A stretch of 64,000 bases of DNA from a virus (IMGVR_UViG_2933073624_000001:36643-100642), one strand, 5' to 3'; positions 36,826 through 47,217 are shown, numbered from the stretch's first letter. The notes: generated from the letters alone by a model not told the origin. Numbers and translations: made by a program.

Positions 36826-37479
36826 TCAGGGTGTTGAAGAGGGGTTGGGCTGCGTAGTGCTGCCTGTCCTTCTGAGTGTATCCAGTAGCTGAATTTCCTG
36901 CGGACTGTATCGGCTGCGTTGGGCGGTAAAATATTCGGTAATGGATCGCGCCCCTCGAAATGCTGCGGCGAAATACCCCTCGATCACAAGCAGGATCATT
37001 GAGGTGGTTGTGATTAGGAAGCTTACTTTGGCGAGCTTGGGCTGAGGGCCGGGGGAGTCGGTTCCGATCCATCTCAGCATGGCTACTTGTGATGTGAGTA
37101 CGGCTGCGCAGATGAGTAGCCAGACGACGCCGACGATGAAGGTGCCAGATTTCTTGAGCAGGGATTCAAATGTCCCTTTTAGGTAATCCCAAGGGGTGGG
37201 GAGCTTTTGTAGGGCCCGGATCTCTTCAGATGTGGGATTAATTCCCTGGCGCAACTTTTCTAGGATGCGCCGCTCTTGCTCGATTCGCTTGACGAAGAAG
37301 GCGTTGGGATGCTGAAGCGCCCTGCTGAGCAACCTAGAGTACTGAACTGTTCCGACCAGTAGAACAGCAGCATTTAGGGTCGTCAGTACCGCCACATTGT
37401 CATTGCTCATTGCCCAAGCCACGGGCCCCCCAGTGTATTTGTTGAAGAGTGTCGCGCGCGGAAGTGCCGGAGCGGTCAC
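36826..37479 (-). CDS. low-GC membrane protein, moron
   Basis: three hydrophobic segments, markedly lower GC than flanks. Confidence 0.6.
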   Translation of the reverse strand: MTAPALPRATLFNKYTGGPVAWAMSNDNVAVLTTLNAAVLLVGTVQYSRLLSRALQHPNAFFVKRIEQERRILEKLRQGINPTSEEIRALQKLPTPWDYLKGTFESLLKKSGTFIVGVVWLLICAAVLTSQVAMLRWIGTDSPGPQPKLAKVSFLITTTSMILLVIEGYFAAAFRGARSITEYFTAQRSRYSPQEIQLLDTLRRTGSTTQPNPSSTP

Positions 37480-37697
37480 GCTCTAGCGACGGGTCGTCTG
37501 AACGCGGTCTCGAGCCGACGAGGGTCCATACTGCCGCGTCACGAGACTTGTGAGGGGGTTGTTGCTGGATGCCGGAACTTCCTGTGATCTGAAATGCCGT
37601 CCTGACCTGCGCAGTTGCCCCCGAGAACTGATCACAAGGGTTGGCCTATCATGCCCCGCTGACCAAGGTCGGACGATCATCGCAGTAGGGGACGAAC

Positions 37698-38033
37698 ATG
37701 ATCAGCCCCGTAGAACTCGCCCTTCTCGCCCTCGCCGGGTACCGGGGGACTCAACTTGTCGTGCACGACTCGATCCTCGACGCCCCCCGCGAGGCCCTCG
37801 ACCGGTGGCAGCAGAAGAAGCCCCACGCAGCCGGACGCGCCGCCCTGGTGACGCTGATCTCGTGCATCTACTGCACCGGCTGGTGGGTGGCCGGCGCGCT
37901 CCTGGCCGTCTGGCTCCTCGTCACCGACACCTGGAGCGGCGTCCCGGTCCTCGTGCACGGCTTCGAGTGGCTGGCCGTCGCCGGCGCCGCCGCGCTCCTG
38001 AACCGGTGGGACGACTCCCGCAAGGACGCCTGA
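37698..38033 (+). CDS. DUF1360-family membrane protein
   Basis: YR.TQLVV.DSI...PR, LISCIYCTGWW. Confidence 0.8.
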   Translation: MISPVELALLALAGYRGTQLVVHDSILDAPREALDRWQQKKPHAAGRAALVTLISCIYCTGWWVAGALLAVWLLVTDTWSGVPVLVHGFEWLAVAGAAALLNRWDDSRKDA

Positions 38034-39796
38034 TGGCCGCGACGCTCACCGCGGCGGCGTCCCGCTACACGTCCCGGAAGATCACCGGCAAAGGCCCCGG
38101 GGACCAGTCGCGGCAGCTCCGCGCCTACGACATGTACCACCGGGTGCCCGAGGTCCGTTTCGCCGCCTCGTGGATCGCCAACGCCATGTCCGGCGCCCGC
38201 CTGTTCGCAGGCCGCTACGACGACGAAGGCCGGATCGTGCCCGCCCCCGCCGGGCATCGGGCCGCCGAGATCGTGTCCCAGATCGCCGGAGGCCCCGACG
38301 GGCAGGCCAAGATGCTCGGCGCGTTCGGCCGGCACCTGACCGTCCCCGGCGAGGGCTGGATCGTCGTCCGCCCCAACTCCGAAGTGCAGTCGCCGTACTC
38401 CCCGGAAGACGGCCACGACTGGCGCGTGCTGTCCGTACGGGAGGTACGCCGCCAGTCCGGGAAGATGACCGCCGAGATCGACGGTGACGAGATCGTCATC
38501 CCCGAGGGCGACCCCGACAAGATGGACCCGGACGGGCCCGTTGCCCTGCGGGTGTGGGAACCCGACCCCGAGCGGGCGATCGAGGCCGACAGCCCGGTCC
38601 TGACGAGCCTGGAGCTCCTGGAAGAGCTGATCCTGCTGAATGCAGCGGTCAAGGCCATCGCCAGGTCCAGGATCACCGGGCGCGGCATTCTGTTCGTCCC
38701 CAAGGGCACCCGGTTCCCGACCGCGCCCGGCCAGGACAGTGCGCAGGACGACCTGATCGAGATCCTGATGACGGTCTCGGAGACCGCCATCCGTGACCCG
38801 GAGTCGGCGGCCGCGACCGTCCCGATCGTCCTGGAAGTCCCCGCCGACACGATCGAGGCCTTCAAGCACCTCACGTTCGAGAGCGAATTCGACGACCTCG
38901 CGATCAAGTTGCGCGAAGAGGCCGTCCGCCGTTTCGCCACCGGCCTGGAGATCCCCGCCGAGATCCTCCTCGGCCTCGGCGACGTGAACCACTGGGGAGC
39001 CTGGGCGCTCACCAGCGAGGCGATCCGCCTGGGCATCGAACCCAAGCTCGCGACCGTCGCCCATTGCCTCACCCAGCAGTGGCTGCGCCCCATCCTCGAA
39101 GACGACGGCGACCCCGAGTGGCACCGCTGGCTCGTCTGGTACGACACCGCCCCCCTGCGCGTGCGCACCAACCGGTCCGAGACCGCGCTCCAGGCCCATG
39201 ACCGGGGCGTCATCTCCGACGCCGCCCTCCGGCGCGAGACCGGGTTCGAGGAGAGCGACGCCCCCACAGCGGACGAGATCGCGCGCCGCACCCCGCAGGA
39301 GAACACCGAGAACCCCGAGGATGCCGAGGAGAACCCCGTGCCCCAGACGCCGACTCGCCCCACCCTGCCCGTCGACGAGTCCGAGGCGACCCCGCGGACC
39401 CTCGACGGCCTCGAAGCCTCCGCCACCGCAGCCGGCCTGCCGGAGCCGCTGATCGCGACCGCCGACATCCTTGTGTGGGCCGCCCTGTCGGCCGCCGGAC
39501 GACGCGTCAAGAACAGCTCCGCCTGCCCCCGCTCCGACCGCGGCAGGGTCAGCGGCGCGGCCCTCGACACGATCCACACGCTCGTCACGGTCACCCCCGA
39601 CCAGGTCGACAAGCTGTGCCTCCTCGAAGGCGCCTGGGCCCGCGTCCCCGAGGTCGCCCAGCGCTACGGCGCCAACCCCGACTGCATGGCCGCCTCCCTC
39701 GACGAGTACGTGCGCGACCTGATCGCCGCCGGCGTCGGCCACGAGTACCGGCACGTGCCCGCCGTCCTGGCGTCCTGCTTCGAGACGGCCGCATGA
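38033..39796 (+). CDS. portal protein
   Basis: position, size, VPEVRFA..W, L.VPGEGW, NHW.AW. Confidence 0.8.
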   Translation: MAATLTAAASRYTSRKITGKGPGDQSRQLRAYDMYHRVPEVRFAASWIANAMSGARLFAGRYDDEGRIVPAPAGHRAAEIVSQIAGGPDGQAKMLGAFGRHLTVPGEGWIVVRPNSEVQSPYSPEDGHDWRVLSVREVRRQSGKMTAEIDGDEIVIPEGDPDKMDPDGPVALRVWEPDPERAIEADSPVLTSLELLEELILLNAAVKAIARSRITGRGILFVPKGTRFPTAPGQDSAQDDLIEILMTVSETAIRDPESAAATVPIVLEVPADTIEAFKHLTFESEFDDLAIKLREEAVRRFATGLEIPAEILLGLGDVNHWGAWALTSEAIRLGIEPKLATVAHCLTQQWLRPILEDDGDPEWHRWLVWYDTAPLRVRTNRSETALQAHDRGVISDAALRRETGFEESDAPTADEIARRTPQENTENPEDAEENPVPQTPTRPTLPVDESEATPRTLDGLEASATAAGLPEPLIATADILVWAALSAAGRRVKNSSACPRSDRGRVSGAALDTIHTLVTVTPDQVDKLCLLEGAWARVPEVAQRYGANPDCMAASLDEYVRDLIAAGVGHEYRHVPAVLASCFETAA

Positions 39797-40020
39797 ACAC
39801 CCCCCGGCCCGCGAGACCGCAGGCACCCCCGGGCGTCGCTCTCCAGCCGGGCACGGCCGTCACCGACTGGTGCGCCCTGTGCAAGGCCTGGACGAGGCAG
39901 ACCGTCGCCCTGCTCCTGCTCACCGTCGACGGCGTGGCACCGGCCGGCTCCTGGTCGTGGTGCGAAATCCACGACGACCCCGACAGCCCACTCCCGCCCC
40001 GGAGGATCGACCGTGCTTGA
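39793..40020 (+). CDS. small Cys-containing hypothetical protein
   Basis: ATGA coupling; WCALCKA...WCEIH. Confidence 0.6.
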   Translation: MNTPRPARPQAPPGVALQPGTAVTDWCALCKAWTRQTVALLLLTVDGVAPAGSWSWCEIHDDPDSPLPPRRIDRA

Positions 40021-40198
40021 CCTTGCCGACCTCGTGGCCGACAGCGCGCGCCGCATCCACGAGAGCGCCGCTCGGGCCCTCGCCGACGACCCGGACACCC
40101 CGGGCGTGATCGTCTGCCTGACGATCGACACCCCGGCCGGGCCGATCGAGCTGGAGCCCTGGGCGTTCGCCCGCGCCACGGAGGCGTCCTGTGGCTGA
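40013..40198 (+). CDS. hypothetical protein
   Basis: GGAGG RBS, overlaps neighbours. Confidence 0.5.
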   Translation: MLDLADLVADSARRIHESAARALADDPDTPGVIVCLTIDTPAGPIELEPWAFARATEASCG

Positions 40199-40406
40199 CG
40201 ACACCCGCCTCCACCTCGACCTGTGCGCCCGCTGCGAAGCACCGGTGCCCACCATCCTGCGGCGTGTCCAGGGGATCACCAGCATCACGATCGACCCCGG
40301 CGACCCGAGCGCCGTCAGCCTGACTCCCCGCGGCCCCGTGGCGCTCTACATCGGCCCCGCGCCCGGCCCGTGCCCCAACGAACCCGAGGAGGCCGGCCGT
40401 GGCTGA
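40191..40406 (+). CDS. hypothetical protein
   Basis: GGAGG RBS, CARC. Confidence 0.5.
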   Translation: MADDTRLHLDLCARCEAPVPTILRRVQGITSITIDPGDPSAVSLTPRGPVALYIGPAPGPCPNEPEEAGRG

Positions 40407-40617
40407 CCTGACCGACGACACCGAAGAGCCGTACATCCATCTCACGTCCGAGACGGAGCAGCCGTGTCCCGAGTGCGGGAAGCAGGCCTTCGGGATCGTG
40501 ACGGTGTACCTCGACCCCGGCGACGGCACCAAGGGGAAGGTGATCGGCGGGTGGGCGCTGTGCGGGAACTGCCACCACGCCCCGCACCCGGTGATGGACA
40601 GGGGTAGCGATGGCTGA
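40399..40617 (+). CDS. small Zn-ribbon protein
   Basis: CPECG...CGNC. Confidence 0.55.
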   Translation: MADLTDDTEEPYIHLTSETEQPCPECGKQAFGIVTVYLDPGDGTKGKVIGGWALCGNCHHAPHPVMDRGSDG

Positions 40618-42082
40618 CCGTGACGGGCAGCTCGACCAGGGCGAGGAGGAGTTCGCCCGGGTCGTTGCCGCCATGCTCGACGAGACCGCCGACGAGTTCG
40701 CGGCCGCCGTCGCCGACGCCACCGAACTGGTCGCCGCCCGTTTCTCGGTGAGCCGGATCGCCCGCATGTGGGGCAACCGCACCCGCCGCCTCGTCCGTCA
40801 GCTCCTGGGGACCGCCGACACCGCGGCGGCGGCCGCTGCCGAGGACATCGGCGCCGACCTGCCCGACGGCTGGGACGACCTGCCTGCCCGCTACGACGAC
40901 AACACGCTGCCCGAGCCGATGCGGCAGTACGTGGAGGTCACCGAGCACCTGCTGCGCGCGGTCGGCGACCGCCTGGCGGACGTCGCCCGTGCTGAGCTGG
41001 CGGAGGGCATCGCGGCCGGTGAGGACGTCGACCAGCTACAAGGCCGGCTGCGGGCGGCGTTCGCCCGCGACGGCGCCCACCTCGGGCCCGTCCGGGAGCA
41101 GCGCATCGCCCGCACCGAGGCGACGAGGGCGTGGAACACCGCGACGCTGGAAGCCGCCCGTGCCGCGACCGGCCCCGACCGGCCGATCGTGAAGCAGTGG
41201 GTCACCCGGCACGACAACCGGGTGCGGACCGAGCACAGCCGGGTGGACGGCCAGCTCCGGCCGCTGGGTGAGCCGTTCACCGTCGCCGGTGTCGCGATGC
41301 AGACCCCCGGCGACCCGACGGCTCCGGCCGGCCTCGTCATCAACTGCCGCTGTCGCCTGGCAGTGGCCCCTGAACTTCGCGCCGCTGCCTCGGAATCTCA
41401 GGCGAGCCTCGGGGCGAGATTTTCGGAACAGAGGTGGAGCGGTATGCACACCGTGAACGTCGGCCTTCGGCAGTTCCACGGGACCCGGGGCCGGCCCAGC
41501 TACAAGAAGTACCACCCCAGCGGACGCAACAGCGTGGGCAACGGCCGCACCCGCCACGAGAACGGCGGGCTCCTCGGGAGCAACCGCTACTCCGAAGAAG
41601 AGCACTCGGCAGTGCTGGAGAGCTACACGATCGACGGCTACGACGACATGAACCGGTGGCTCCGCCACCGCGGCGAGCCGGACTACGTCACCGAGGAAGA
41701 GGTCCAGCGGCAGATCTCGGTGCTCTCCGACCTCATCAACGCCCAAGAGCCGACCACGACCGAGCTGACCCTGTACCGGGGCATGCGCGGCCAGTTCCTC
41801 GAACTGAACGAGGGCGACACGTTCCACGACAAAGGCTTCGTCTCCACCAGCTCCTCGGAGAGCGTCCCCCGCAGGCGCGTGACGAAGAAGGGCGGCATGT
41901 ATTTCACGATCACCGTGCCCAAGGGTGCCCAGGTCCTCGACGTGGCATCGGTCGGAGCGCGGGCCGCCGAAGACGAAGTGATTCTGCCCCCGGGCACGCA
42001 GTACCGGGTGAGGAGCGTCGCGCCCCACGACGACCCCGACAGGCCGGGCGTGCACTACCAGCTGGAGGTCATCAATGTCTGA
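40610..42082 (+). CDS. MuF-like minor head protein fused to VIP2-like ADP-ribosyltransferase
   Basis: RIARTE, KQWVT..D.RVR.EH...DGQ, INCRC; then YT..GY..MN.WLR, LYRG, GFVSTS, EDEVILPPG. Confidence 0.85.
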   Translation: MADRDGQLDQGEEEFARVVAAMLDETADEFAAAVADATELVAARFSVSRIARMWGNRTRRLVRQLLGTADTAAAAAAEDIGADLPDGWDDLPARYDDNTLPEPMRQYVEVTEHLLRAVGDRLADVARAELAEGIAAGEDVDQLQGRLRAAFARDGAHLGPVREQRIARTEATRAWNTATLEAARAATGPDRPIVKQWVTRHDNRVRTEHSRVDGQLRPLGEPFTVAGVAMQTPGDPTAPAGLVINCRCRLAVAPELRAAASESQASLGARFSEQRWSGMHTVNVGLRQFHGTRGRPSYKKYHPSGRNSVGNGRTRHENGGLLGSNRYSEEEHSAVLESYTIDGYDDMNRWLRHRGEPDYVTEEEVQRQISVLSDLINAQEPTTTELTLYRGMRGQFLELNEGDTFHDKGFVSTSSSESVPRRRVTKKGGMYFTITVPKGAQVLDVASVGARAAEDEVILPPGTQYRVRSVAPHDDPDRPGVHYQLEVINV

Positions 42083-45000
42083 TAGCCCCGAGGAGCGCTT
42101 TATGAAGCGGATGGAGTGGGCGCCGGGAGATGTCGTTGTGGACACCCGCGCCAAGGCATCGGCAGGCATCGCGCGGATCACCGCGGCGACCGGCGGCCAC
42201 ACGGGCGCGATGATCGCCCTGGTGCCGTCCGAGGAGGACATCGAGCGCCTGGCGCTCGACGCCGACGGCGCCGAAGTCGCCGAGGAGCTGCACCTGACGC
42301 TGTTCTACCTCGGCGAGGGCGCCGACTGGAGCCCGGAGGCTCGTGACGAGCTGTGCAAGCTGGTCCGTGACTCCCTCCATGACCTGATCGCCACCGGCGT
42401 CTACGCCAAGGCCTTCGGCGCGAACCAGTGGAACGCCGACGGTGAGGACCCCTGTTGGGTGTGGGCCATCGGCGACGACCCCGACCGGCCTGACGGATCC
42501 GACCAGCTGGAGGCCGTCCGGTACGCGGTCGTGTCCGCCCTGGAGAACATGCACCAGCAGCCCGAGCTGCCTCGCCAGCACTCCCCGTGGCAGCCCCACG
42601 TCTGCGCGGCGTACACCCGGGCGAGCCTCCTGGAGGAGATGAACGCCCGTCTCGGGCCGATCCACTTCGACCGGGTCAGGGTCGCGTTCGCCGGGTCGTA
42701 CACCGACTTCCTGCTCGAACCCGCCAAGGAGAAGGCCATGGTCACCACCAGCGACCCGCTCGCCCCCCGTCCCTGGTCCAACCCGGGCGACACCGCCCTG
42801 GTCTACGAGGACGAGGAGACCGGCGACGGAAGGGTGTTCCGGCCCGGGTCGGTGTACTGGTCCGGTGCCGGCCCGTGGCCGCTCCAGTACGCCGACGAGA
42901 TGCTGATGGGTCACCAGGGCGCCGAGCTCGCCGGTGCGATCCAGACCGTCAGCCGCGACGGCGCCCGCATCCCCGGCAGCGGCGTGCTCTACCCCGGTCT
43001 CGGGGCCGGCGCCGAAGCCCTGATGATCCTGGAGCAGCAGGGGCCCCTCGGCGTGAGCGTCGACCTGGACGACGTCGCCGTGGAGTTCGTCGACCGGCGC
43101 CCCGCCGAGGAGGACGAGGACGAGGGCGCGGTGGTGCTGCTGGCGTCGCTGCCGTCGGCGTCGATGATGCGCCTGGCCGACGGCTCGTGGTCGCTGAGCA
43201 TGTCCCGCACGGACGAGTGGACCGCGTCGGGCGCGTCCCTGGCCCGCACCGGCGCTGTCGCCCAGCTCCTCACCGGTCCCGGCGGGGTCGTGTCGGCAGC
43301 CGCCGTGCACCGGGCGCTCGGGACGACCGGCACCCTCACCGCGGCGGCCGGGGACCGCGCCGACCAGGGCGAGGGCACCGTCGTGCACCGCGAGTCGTCC
43401 GGCGACCTCCTCATGCGCGTGACCCGGGCCCGCCTGCGCGGCGCAACGCTGGTGGCGATGCCCGCCTACGACCGCGCCCGGATCGTCCTCGACGACGTCA
43501 CCGCCTCCGCTACCGGCGACGAGGACGACGAGGTGCAGGCCGACGCCGGCCCGAGCCCCGCGCAGAAGCGAGTGATCAGCTTCGTGAAGACCTCCCCGCA
43601 GCCGGTCGGCGCCAAGGACGTTGCCCGCGCGCTGGACATGCGGATCGAGACCGCCCGAGGCCACCTGGGACGCGCGGCCAAGGCCGGTCTGATCGTGCGG
43701 CTCTCGCGCGGCCTGTACGTCGGCCCGGCCACCGACATGTCCGTCACCGCGTCCGCGTCCGGCGACACCGACCTGCCGGTCCACGACGACCCCGAGCGGC
43801 CGTGGGACGGCGGCGAGGTACAGAAGCGGGTCCTGGCGTGGGCGACCGGCGACGACGGCGCGGTGGACACGGTCCGGCTCGGCGCCGCGTACCTGTGGCG
43901 TGACGACGACGCCGACCCGGCCACCGCGTCCGCCTACAAGCTGCCGTTCGCCGACGTCATCAGCGGCGAGCTCCGCATCGTCGCCGAAGGCGTGTACGCG
44001 GCCGGGAGCGTCCTCCAGGACGGCATGGGCGGCGTCGACCTCCCAGAGGACGACATCGACGCGGTGAAGGGCCGTGCGGCCGCCCTGTACGCGCGGCTCG
44101 CCGAAGCGTACGACGACGACACGATCCGCCCGCCCTGGACCGACGGCCAGGACGACGAGGACGACGTGACGGCGTCGGAGCTGGTGGCGTCGGCGTGGGA
44201 CGCGATGCAGGACCTGGAGCCCATGCCCGCCGCCTGGTTCAAGGAGCCGACCCCGGAGGAGCTGCCGCCCGGGTCCGGCGGCGTGCACCTGGCCAAGGGC
44301 AGGGTGTACGGCTGGGTCGCCCAGGCCGGAGTACCGCACGCCGGCTACCCGGGCAAGAATCTGACGATCGAGTCGCTCGGGACGCTGGACCTGTCGCACT
44401 TCCTACGGGCGCGGATGCCGCTGGACGACGGCACGATGATGCGGGTCGGCGCGATGACCATGGACGTGGGCCATCACCGCGACGGCGCCGAATGCGAGAC
44501 GGCCGTCTGCCAGTTCGACGACACAAGGACCGTCGGGGCGATCGTCACCGTCGGGCAGAACGAGGGCGGCCTCTGGTTCTCCGGCGCTGCGGGGCCGTGG
44601 TTGGCGGACTGGGACCGCAAGGTGTTCGCCGGGTGCCAGCCGAGCTACCACCTCAAGCAGGGCCCCGGCGGGCGCTGGCAGCTTCGCGCGGTGCTGACCG
44701 TGCCCGTCCCCGGGCACTCCTCGCAGCTCCTGGCCGCCACGGTCGCCGAGCGGTCCAACCTCGCCCTGGCGGCCTCCGCCGCCGGCCGCGCCGACCTCGC
44801 GGACACGTCCGGACACGGTCCGGACCTCCCCGCGGACTCGTCCGGACAACTGCCGGACAATCCCGCAACAGTCCCCGGCAGCACCGGCCCTGACCTGCCC
44901 GGACATCGTCCGGACATTGTTCAGCACAATCCGGCGGACTCGTCCGGACACAGTCCGGACTCGGGCGGCGACCTCGACGCCCTCGCAGCCGCGCTCCTCG

Positions 45001-45164
45001 CGGACGACTCGGCCCTCGACGTCCTCCTGGACGCCATGAACCGGCGCAAGCAGCAGCGCGAGGAAGCTGCACGGGACGAGGCCGCCCGCCTAGCCGCGTC
45101 CGTCATCGACCCGGCCCGCGTGCTCCTCGCCGCCGGCCACACCACCACGGAAGGAGCGTCCTGA
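42075..45164 (+). CDS. 2H-phosphoesterase fused to prohead protease/scaffold-like protein
   Basis: LHLTLFYLG and WQPHVCAAY; ETGDGR.F, GH.GA, GVSVDLD, ATLVAMPAY; internal RBS+ATG at 42738. Confidence 0.75.
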   Translation: MSDSPEERFMKRMEWAPGDVVVDTRAKASAGIARITAATGGHTGAMIALVPSEEDIERLALDADGAEVAEELHLTLFYLGEGADWSPEARDELCKLVRDSLHDLIATGVYAKAFGANQWNADGEDPCWVWAIGDDPDRPDGSDQLEAVRYAVVSALENMHQQPELPRQHSPWQPHVCAAYTRASLLEEMNARLGPIHFDRVRVAFAGSYTDFLLEPAKEKAMVTTSDPLAPRPWSNPGDTALVYEDEETGDGRVFRPGSVYWSGAGPWPLQYADEMLMGHQGAELAGAIQTVSRDGARIPGSGVLYPGLGAGAEALMILEQQGPLGVSVDLDDVAVEFVDRRPAEEDEDEGAVVLLASLPSASMMRLADGSWSLSMSRTDEWTASGASLARTGAVAQLLTGPGGVVSAAAVHRALGTTGTLTAAAGDRADQGEGTVVHRESSGDLLMRVTRARLRGATLVAMPAYDRARIVLDDVTASATGDEDDEVQADAGPSPAQKRVISFVKTSPQPVGAKDVARALDMRIETARGHLGRAAKAGLIVRLSRGLYVGPATDMSVTASASGDTDLPVHDDPERPWDGGEVQKRVLAWATGDDGAVDTVRLGAAYLWRDDDADPATASAYKLPFADVISGELRIVAEGVYAAGSVLQDGMGGVDLPEDDIDAVKGRAAALYARLAEAYDDDTIRPPWTDGQDDEDDVTASELVASAWDAMQDLEPMPAAWFKEPTPEELPPGSGGVHLAKGRVYGWVAQAGVPHAGYPGKNLTIESLGTLDLSHFLRARMPLDDGTMMRVGAMTMDVGHHRDGAECETAVCQFDDTRTVGAIVTVGQNEGGLWFSGAAGPWLADWDRKVFAGCQPSYHLKQGPGGRWQLRAVLTVPVPGHSSQLLAATVAERSNLALAASAAGRADLADTSGHGPDLPADSSGQLPDNPATVPGSTGPDLPGHRPDIVQHNPADSSGHSPDSGGDLDALAAALLADDSALDVLLDAMNRRKQQREEAARDEAARLAASVIDPARVLLAAGHTTTEGAS
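44801..44960. repeat. in-frame cluster of GTCCGGAC(A) repeats
   Basis: about ten CCGGAC units encoding SGH/PD repeats. Confidence 0.65.
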
Positions 45165-45349
45165 TGGGATGCGGCTGCAACAAGAGCACGGGCGCGGGCA
45201 GCGCGCGCAAGAGCTACACGGTCGTCGCCATCAACGGACAGATCGTGTACGGGCCTACGTCGTCCGAGGACACCGCCAAGGCCGTCTCGAAGCGGTACCC
45301 GGACAGCGAGGTCAAGGAGATCGCCCCCCAGGCCCCTGCACGCCGGTAG
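45164..45349 (+). CDS. small MGCGC protein
   Basis: AAGGAG RBS, TGATG coupling. Confidence 0.65.
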   Translation: MGCGCNKSTGAGSARKSYTVVAINGQIVYGPTSSEDTAKAVSKRYPDSEVKEIAPQAPARR

Positions 45350-45476
45350 AACCGGCCTGACCGTCCTGGCGGGCCTCACGCGCATCGAGGCCCGCCAGGT
45401 ACCGCATCCGCCCAGCTCTGGGGCGGCGCGTCGCAAGGCGCGGCGGGCTAAGATGCGCTCCTAGTACGACGTTCGA

Positions 45477-45495
45477 CCGCTGGTTCTGGGCCGGG
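45477..45495 (+). promoter_or_regulatory. late-gene leader motif copy 1
   Basis: CCGCTGGTTCTGGGCCGGG upstream of capsid gene. Confidence 0.6.
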
Positions 45496-45523
45496 TCTCC
45501 GCAGATCATCCGCTGGAGATCCC

Positions 45524-47161
45524 GTGGCCGACTACGAACTTCCCGAGGACATCACCGCACTCGACGACGAAGCGCTCGCCAACGCCCTCGAAGGCGCGGT
45601 CAAGGCGTTCGACACCGTCTCGAACTCGACGACCATCACCCCCGACGACCTGACCCGGCTGCGGTCCCTGGCGTCCGCCGTGGACGGCATCCGCCAGGAG
45701 CAGGCCGCGCGCGTCGCTGCCGCCGAAGCCGCCGCTGCCGAGATCGACACCCTCGCCGCCCAGGTGCGCGGCATCACCGCCGATGCCGGCGACAGCGAGG
45801 ACGGAGACGGTGAGGGCGACGGCGGCGAGGACGGAGACGGCGAACCGGAGCAGCCCGCTGAGGAGCAGCCGGTCGTCACCGCGGCCGCGCCGCCGCGCCG
45901 GGCCCTGGACCTGTCGAGCGTCCGCCGCCGCCAGCCGAGCGTCCTGCCGCCGGAGACCAACCCCCGCCCGGAGATCACCGCGTCGGTCGACGTCCCCGGC
46001 TACCAGCCCGGACAGCCCCTCGACCTGGACGGCGTCACCGAGGGCATCATCCGCCGCGCGAACGCGCTCAAGACCGCCGGTGGCGGCGTGGGCCTGACCG
46101 CCTCGTACCGGCTGCCGTTCGACTCGAAGCTGATCGTCAACGACTCCTCCTCGGGCACCGAAGGCACCCGCGCGGTCGTCATGGCCGGCGACCAGTCCCG
46201 GCTCAACGGCGGCAACCTGGTGGCGTCCGGCGGCTGGTGCGCCCCGTCCGAGACGGTCTACGAGCTGACGGGCATGTCCTGCCCGGACATGCTGTGGAAC
46301 GTCCCGGAGATCCAGCTCGCGCGCGGTGGCCTGCGGTACTTCCCGATGCCGTCCCTCGACGTCGGCGCGATGACGTTCGTGCACACCGAGGCCGACGACA
46401 TCTCCGGCGCCGTCAAGCCCTGCTACCGGATCCCGTGCCCCGAGCCGGTCGAGGTCCGCTGCGACGCGGTCGGCGCGTGCCTGGAGTCCGGCATTCTGAC
46501 TCAGCGGCACTTCCCCGAGCTGGTGCTGCACTACCAGAACCTCGCGATGATCGCGCACGAGATCCGCATCAAGCAGCAGCTCTTCGCCGAGGCCGTCGCC
46601 GCCTCCAAGGCGGTCACGCTCGCCGCGACGTTCGGCGCCTTCTCCGCGATCTTCGCCGCCGCAGCCCTCGAAGCCGCCGACATGACGGAGCGACTCTCCC
46701 TCTGCGACGGCATCGACATCGAGATCGTCTTCCCCTGGTGGGCGCGGAACCTGTTCCTGGCGGACATCGCCCGCCGCAACGGCGTGTCCATCAACGAAAT
46801 CGACATCTCGCTCATCTCCGCCGCCTTCGCGCAGATCGGTGTCTCCGTGCAGTGGGCGCGCGGCCTCAAGCCGTCCGTCCCGACGGAGATCGGCGGAGCC
46901 ACCGCCGCCGTCGACTGGCCGGGCACGGTCCCGTTCCTGATCTACCCGACTGGCACGTTCGAGGCGGGTCGAGGAGGCGAGATCAGCCTCGGCGTCATCC
47001 ACGACAGCACGAAGTTCGCGACGAACGATTACACCGCCCTGTTCACCGAGGAGTGCGTCGCCCTGATCGCCCGGAACAAGGAAGCGCGCATCGTGACCGT
47101 CCCGGTCTGCCCCGACGGCCGCACCGGCGAGCAGCTCGGCGTCACCTGCCCGATCGCCTGA
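45524..47161 (+). CDS. major capsid protein with N-terminal scaffold-like region
   Basis: coiled N-terminus, LVASGGWCAPSET.Y, NDYTALFTEE. Confidence 0.85.
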   Translation: MADYELPEDITALDDEALANALEGAVKAFDTVSNSTTITPDDLTRLRSLASAVDGIRQEQAARVAAAEAAAAEIDTLAAQVRGITADAGDSEDGDGEGDGGEDGDGEPEQPAEEQPVVTAAAPPRRALDLSSVRRRQPSVLPPETNPRPEITASVDVPGYQPGQPLDLDGVTEGIIRRANALKTAGGGVGLTASYRLPFDSKLIVNDSSSGTEGTRAVVMAGDQSRLNGGNLVASGGWCAPSETVYELTGMSCPDMLWNVPEIQLARGGLRYFPMPSLDVGAMTFVHTEADDISGAVKPCYRIPCPEPVEVRCDAVGACLESGILTQRHFPELVLHYQNLAMIAHEIRIKQQLFAEAVAASKAVTLAATFGAFSAIFAAAALEAADMTERLSLCDGIDIEIVFPWWARNLFLADIARRNGVSINEIDISLISAAFAQIGVSVQWARGLKPSVPTEIGGATAAVDWPGTVPFLIYPTGTFEAGRGGEISLGVIHDSTKFATNDYTALFTEECVALIARNKEARIVTVPVCPDGRTGEQLGVTCPIA

Positions 47162-47177
47162 CCGGCACCTCCCGACA

Positions 47178-47217
47178 CCGTGCCGGGCCCGCGAACCGAC
47201 CCCCGGGCCCGGCACGG
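47178..47217 (+). terminator. hairpin after capsid gene
   Basis: CCGTGCCGGGCCCG...CGGGCCCGGCACGG. Confidence 0.55.
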
